A DNA stretch of 32,000 nucleotides from Candidatus Auribacterota bacterium (GTDB lineage Bacteria > Auribacterota > UBA6266), in NCBI GenBank assembly GCA_023136205.1, contig JAGLRQ010000040.1, positions 57 through 32,056 of the forward strand. The letters are read 5' to 3'. The notes beneath the pieces are model-generated. The model saw only the letters and a program-made list of their open reading frames with translations, had not been told where the DNA came from and ran no database searches. Shown here piece by piece: positions 31,687 to 32,000 of this stretch. Every line of letters starts with the position of its first letter. Position 1 is the stretch's first letter. The translations under genes and the position numbers were made by a program.

Positions 31687-32000
31687 TTGAGTTATATCAA
31701 AGATGTTTTAAACCTCGTAAAGAGTCGAAATCCCAGCGAGTTGGAATTTTACCAGGCGGTAGAAGAAGTACTGGAATCACTTGAACCGGTGCTGGAACAA
31801 CATCCGGAATACCAAAAAGCGAGCATACTCGAGCGTATTGTGGAACCTGAGAGGGTTGTAATGTTCCGTGTTCCATGGATGGGAGATAAAGGCCGGTATC
31901 ATGTAAACAGAGGTTTCAGGATTGAAATGAACAGCGCTATTGGGCCGTACAAAGGCGGTTTAAGGTTTCATCCGACCGTTAATCTGGGTATTTTAAAATT
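31687..32000 (+). CDS. gdhA: Glutamate dehydrogenase (NADP-type GdhA), 5' part, continues beyond the window
   Basis: TTG start 8 nt after AGGAGG (31673-31678). The translation ...NPSELEFYQAVEEVLESLEPVLEQHPEY...ILERIVEPERVVMFRVPWMGDKGRYHVNRGFRIEMNSAIGPYKGGLRFHP is the canonical GdhA N-terminus. Confidence 0.85.
   Translation, partial: MSYIKDVLNLVKSRNPSELEFYQAVEEVLESLEPVLEQHPEYQKASILERIVEPERVVMFRVPWMGDKGRYHVNRGFRIEMNSAIGPYKGGLRFHPTVNLGILK

Noticed and set aside
31551-31784. 77-aa ORF spanning the gdhA leader and start
   Set aside because: It is out of frame with the unmistakable GdhA N-terminus and covers the terminator hairpin. It is spurious.

Overview
AT-rich bacterial chromosome segment, apparently from an anaerobe. 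No rRNA, tRNA or CRISPR array was seen by eye.

- **0.2-3.4 kb, + strand:** a phasin-like protein, a UbiB/ABC1 kinase and a patatin-like phospholipase.
- **3.5-17.5 kb, + strand:** a nitrogen-assimilation supercluster: amtB-glnK, type III glutamine synthetase (glnN), gltB-gltD, a degenerate KaiC-like/PPDK_N fusion protein, and a GAF-ANTAR antiterminator. Promoter-proximal leaders of glnN and of gdhA (at 31.5 kb) each carry two hexaloop hairpins sharing the core AC-AAWGKY-GU. In both, the second hairpin overlaps the 5' arm of an intrinsic terminator. The amtB leader is related but divergent and more complex.
- **17.5-27.4 kb:** an accessory island bounded by inverted copies of a 30-nt repeat.
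  - A two-gene RiPP cassette: a 92-aa precursor with a CX3CX3CX3CX2C ladder plus an RRE-radical SAM-SPASM maturase. It is flanked by 27-28 nt hairpin-forming direct repeats.
  - An AbiEi/AbiEii-like pair behind a highly regular nested-palindrome operator.
  - Repeat and transposase debris.
  - An unknown 526-aa protein bracketed by imperfect inverted repeats.
  - A membrane-anchored class-3 lipase.
  - A 443-aa protein with an N-terminal HEPN/DUF4145-like domain.
- **27.5-31.4 kb, minus strand:** an oxidative-stress/NAD operon: ogg, rubrerythrin, superoxide reductase, flavin reductase-rubredoxin and nadE.

The best candidates for something undescribed are the orphan RiPP cassette and the GAF-ANTAR nitrogen antitermination regulon.
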